Source: Deinococcus sp. (lineage in GTDB: Bacteria; Deinococcota; Deinococci; Deinococcales; Deinococcaceae). From it: a DNA stretch of 64,000 nt. Shown here one piece after another: positions 63,321 through 64,000 of this stretch (position 1 is the first letter of the stretch; each line of letters opens with the position of its first letter). Both the position numbers and the translations under genes were made by a program. Where the stretch lies: the NCBI GenBank assembly GCA_965261005.1, contig OZ253375.1:384001-448000 (forward strand), written 5' to 3'. A model generated the notes under the pieces. It was not told the DNA's origin. It worked only from the letters and a program-made list of their open reading frames with translations, and did not search any database.

Positions 63321-64000
63321 TCAAGCCAATTCCTCCAGGGCCGCCAGCCTTCGTACCGCCGCCTTGACCCCGGCCAGCAGCTGCAAGCGGGCCGCGCGAA
63401 CGCGCTCATCCTCGACCATCACCATCACGGCATCGAAAAAGCCGTCGAGGGTGGGCTTGATTCGCGTGACCGCGCGCAGGGGGTCGCCCAAGTCCAGCTG
63501 CGGTTCCGGCAGCGCCTCCTGCGGGTCCCAAGCGGGGTAGGCGCGCCGCGCAGCCTTCTCCAAGGCAGCGGCAGCCTCCTGCAATCCTGGCAGGGCGGCG
63601 GCCAAAGCTTGTTCGGCCGGTTCGCCGGAGGCCGGGCTTGGGACGGCCTCGGCGAAGGTGTCGCCGGCGAGGTTGGCCGCGCGCTTGTACAGGGCGGCCA
63701 GCTCGGCGAAGTCGGCGTCCTCGCGGGCGCCGTGCAGCAGGGCTGCGCGCCACAACAAACCGTAAGGGGTGCGGGCCACGCCACGCGCCGCCCGGATCAC
63801 CTGTAAGGGCACGCCGCGCGCCCCCAAGAGGGCGGCCAGGCGGTCCCACAGGAAGTCCTTCAGCGGGGCCAGCTTGCTTTCGTCCAACTCGATGCTGGCC
63901 TCGCGGTACACGTCCGCGCTCATCGAGATCAATTCCGTCATCGGCACCTCTATGCCAAAGCGCGCCAGCGTCCGCACCAAGCCGATGCCCGTGCGCCGCA
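63321..64000 (-). CDS. glyS: glycine-tRNA ligase beta subunit, C-terminal part (starts beyond the window end)
   Basis: RRTGIGLVR, YKRAANL, FFDAVMVM.ED..VR..RL (DALR anticodon-binding domain). Confidence 0.8.
   Translation of the reverse strand, partial: RRTGIGLVRTLARFGIEVPMTELISMSADVYREASIELDESKLAPLKDFLWDRLAALLGARGVPLQVIRAARGVARTPYGLLWRAALLHGAREDADFAELAALYKRAANLAGDTFAEAVPSPASGEPAEQALAAALPGLQEAAAALEKAARRAYPAWDPQEALPEPQLDLGDPLRAVTRIKPTLDGFFDAVMVMVEDERVRAARLQLLAGVKAAVRRLAALEELA

Overview
High-GC chromosomal segment from a Deinococcus-family bacterium. The assignment rests on ddrA with an RDRM/DdrO operator and on many apparently leaderless TANNNT-N5-7-start genes. Most of the window is housekeeping: metY-metX under a SAM-I riboswitch, purH-folD under a ZTP riboswitch, gap-pgk-tpiA, hisS-aspS, asnS, smc, smpB, lnt, ackA, trpBA, gluQ, rel, mazG and a partial glyS. 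Four things stand out. (1) A tyrosine recombinase whose start abuts a perfect 24-bp-arm inverted repeat with a Xer-type TAA-N6-TTA core, a candidate single-recombinase dif site. (2) An AT-rich non-palindromic motif, GAATATATACA, that recurs on the + strand left of that site and on the - strand right of it, including inside genes; it is a candidate polar terminus or fork-trap element. (3) A 40-aa secreted peptide gene directly upstream of a TPR-GGDEF(degenerate)-EAL protein and divergent from a PAS-GGDEF cyclase, a candidate RRNPP-like peptide signalling system acting on c-di-GMP. (4) A DUF4157 polymorphic toxin with lysozyme-like and CHAP domains plus a low-GC candidate immunity gene. There is also a vapBC module and a low-GC Abi-alpha-like orphan. 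All calls come from reading the sequence; no database searches were run.
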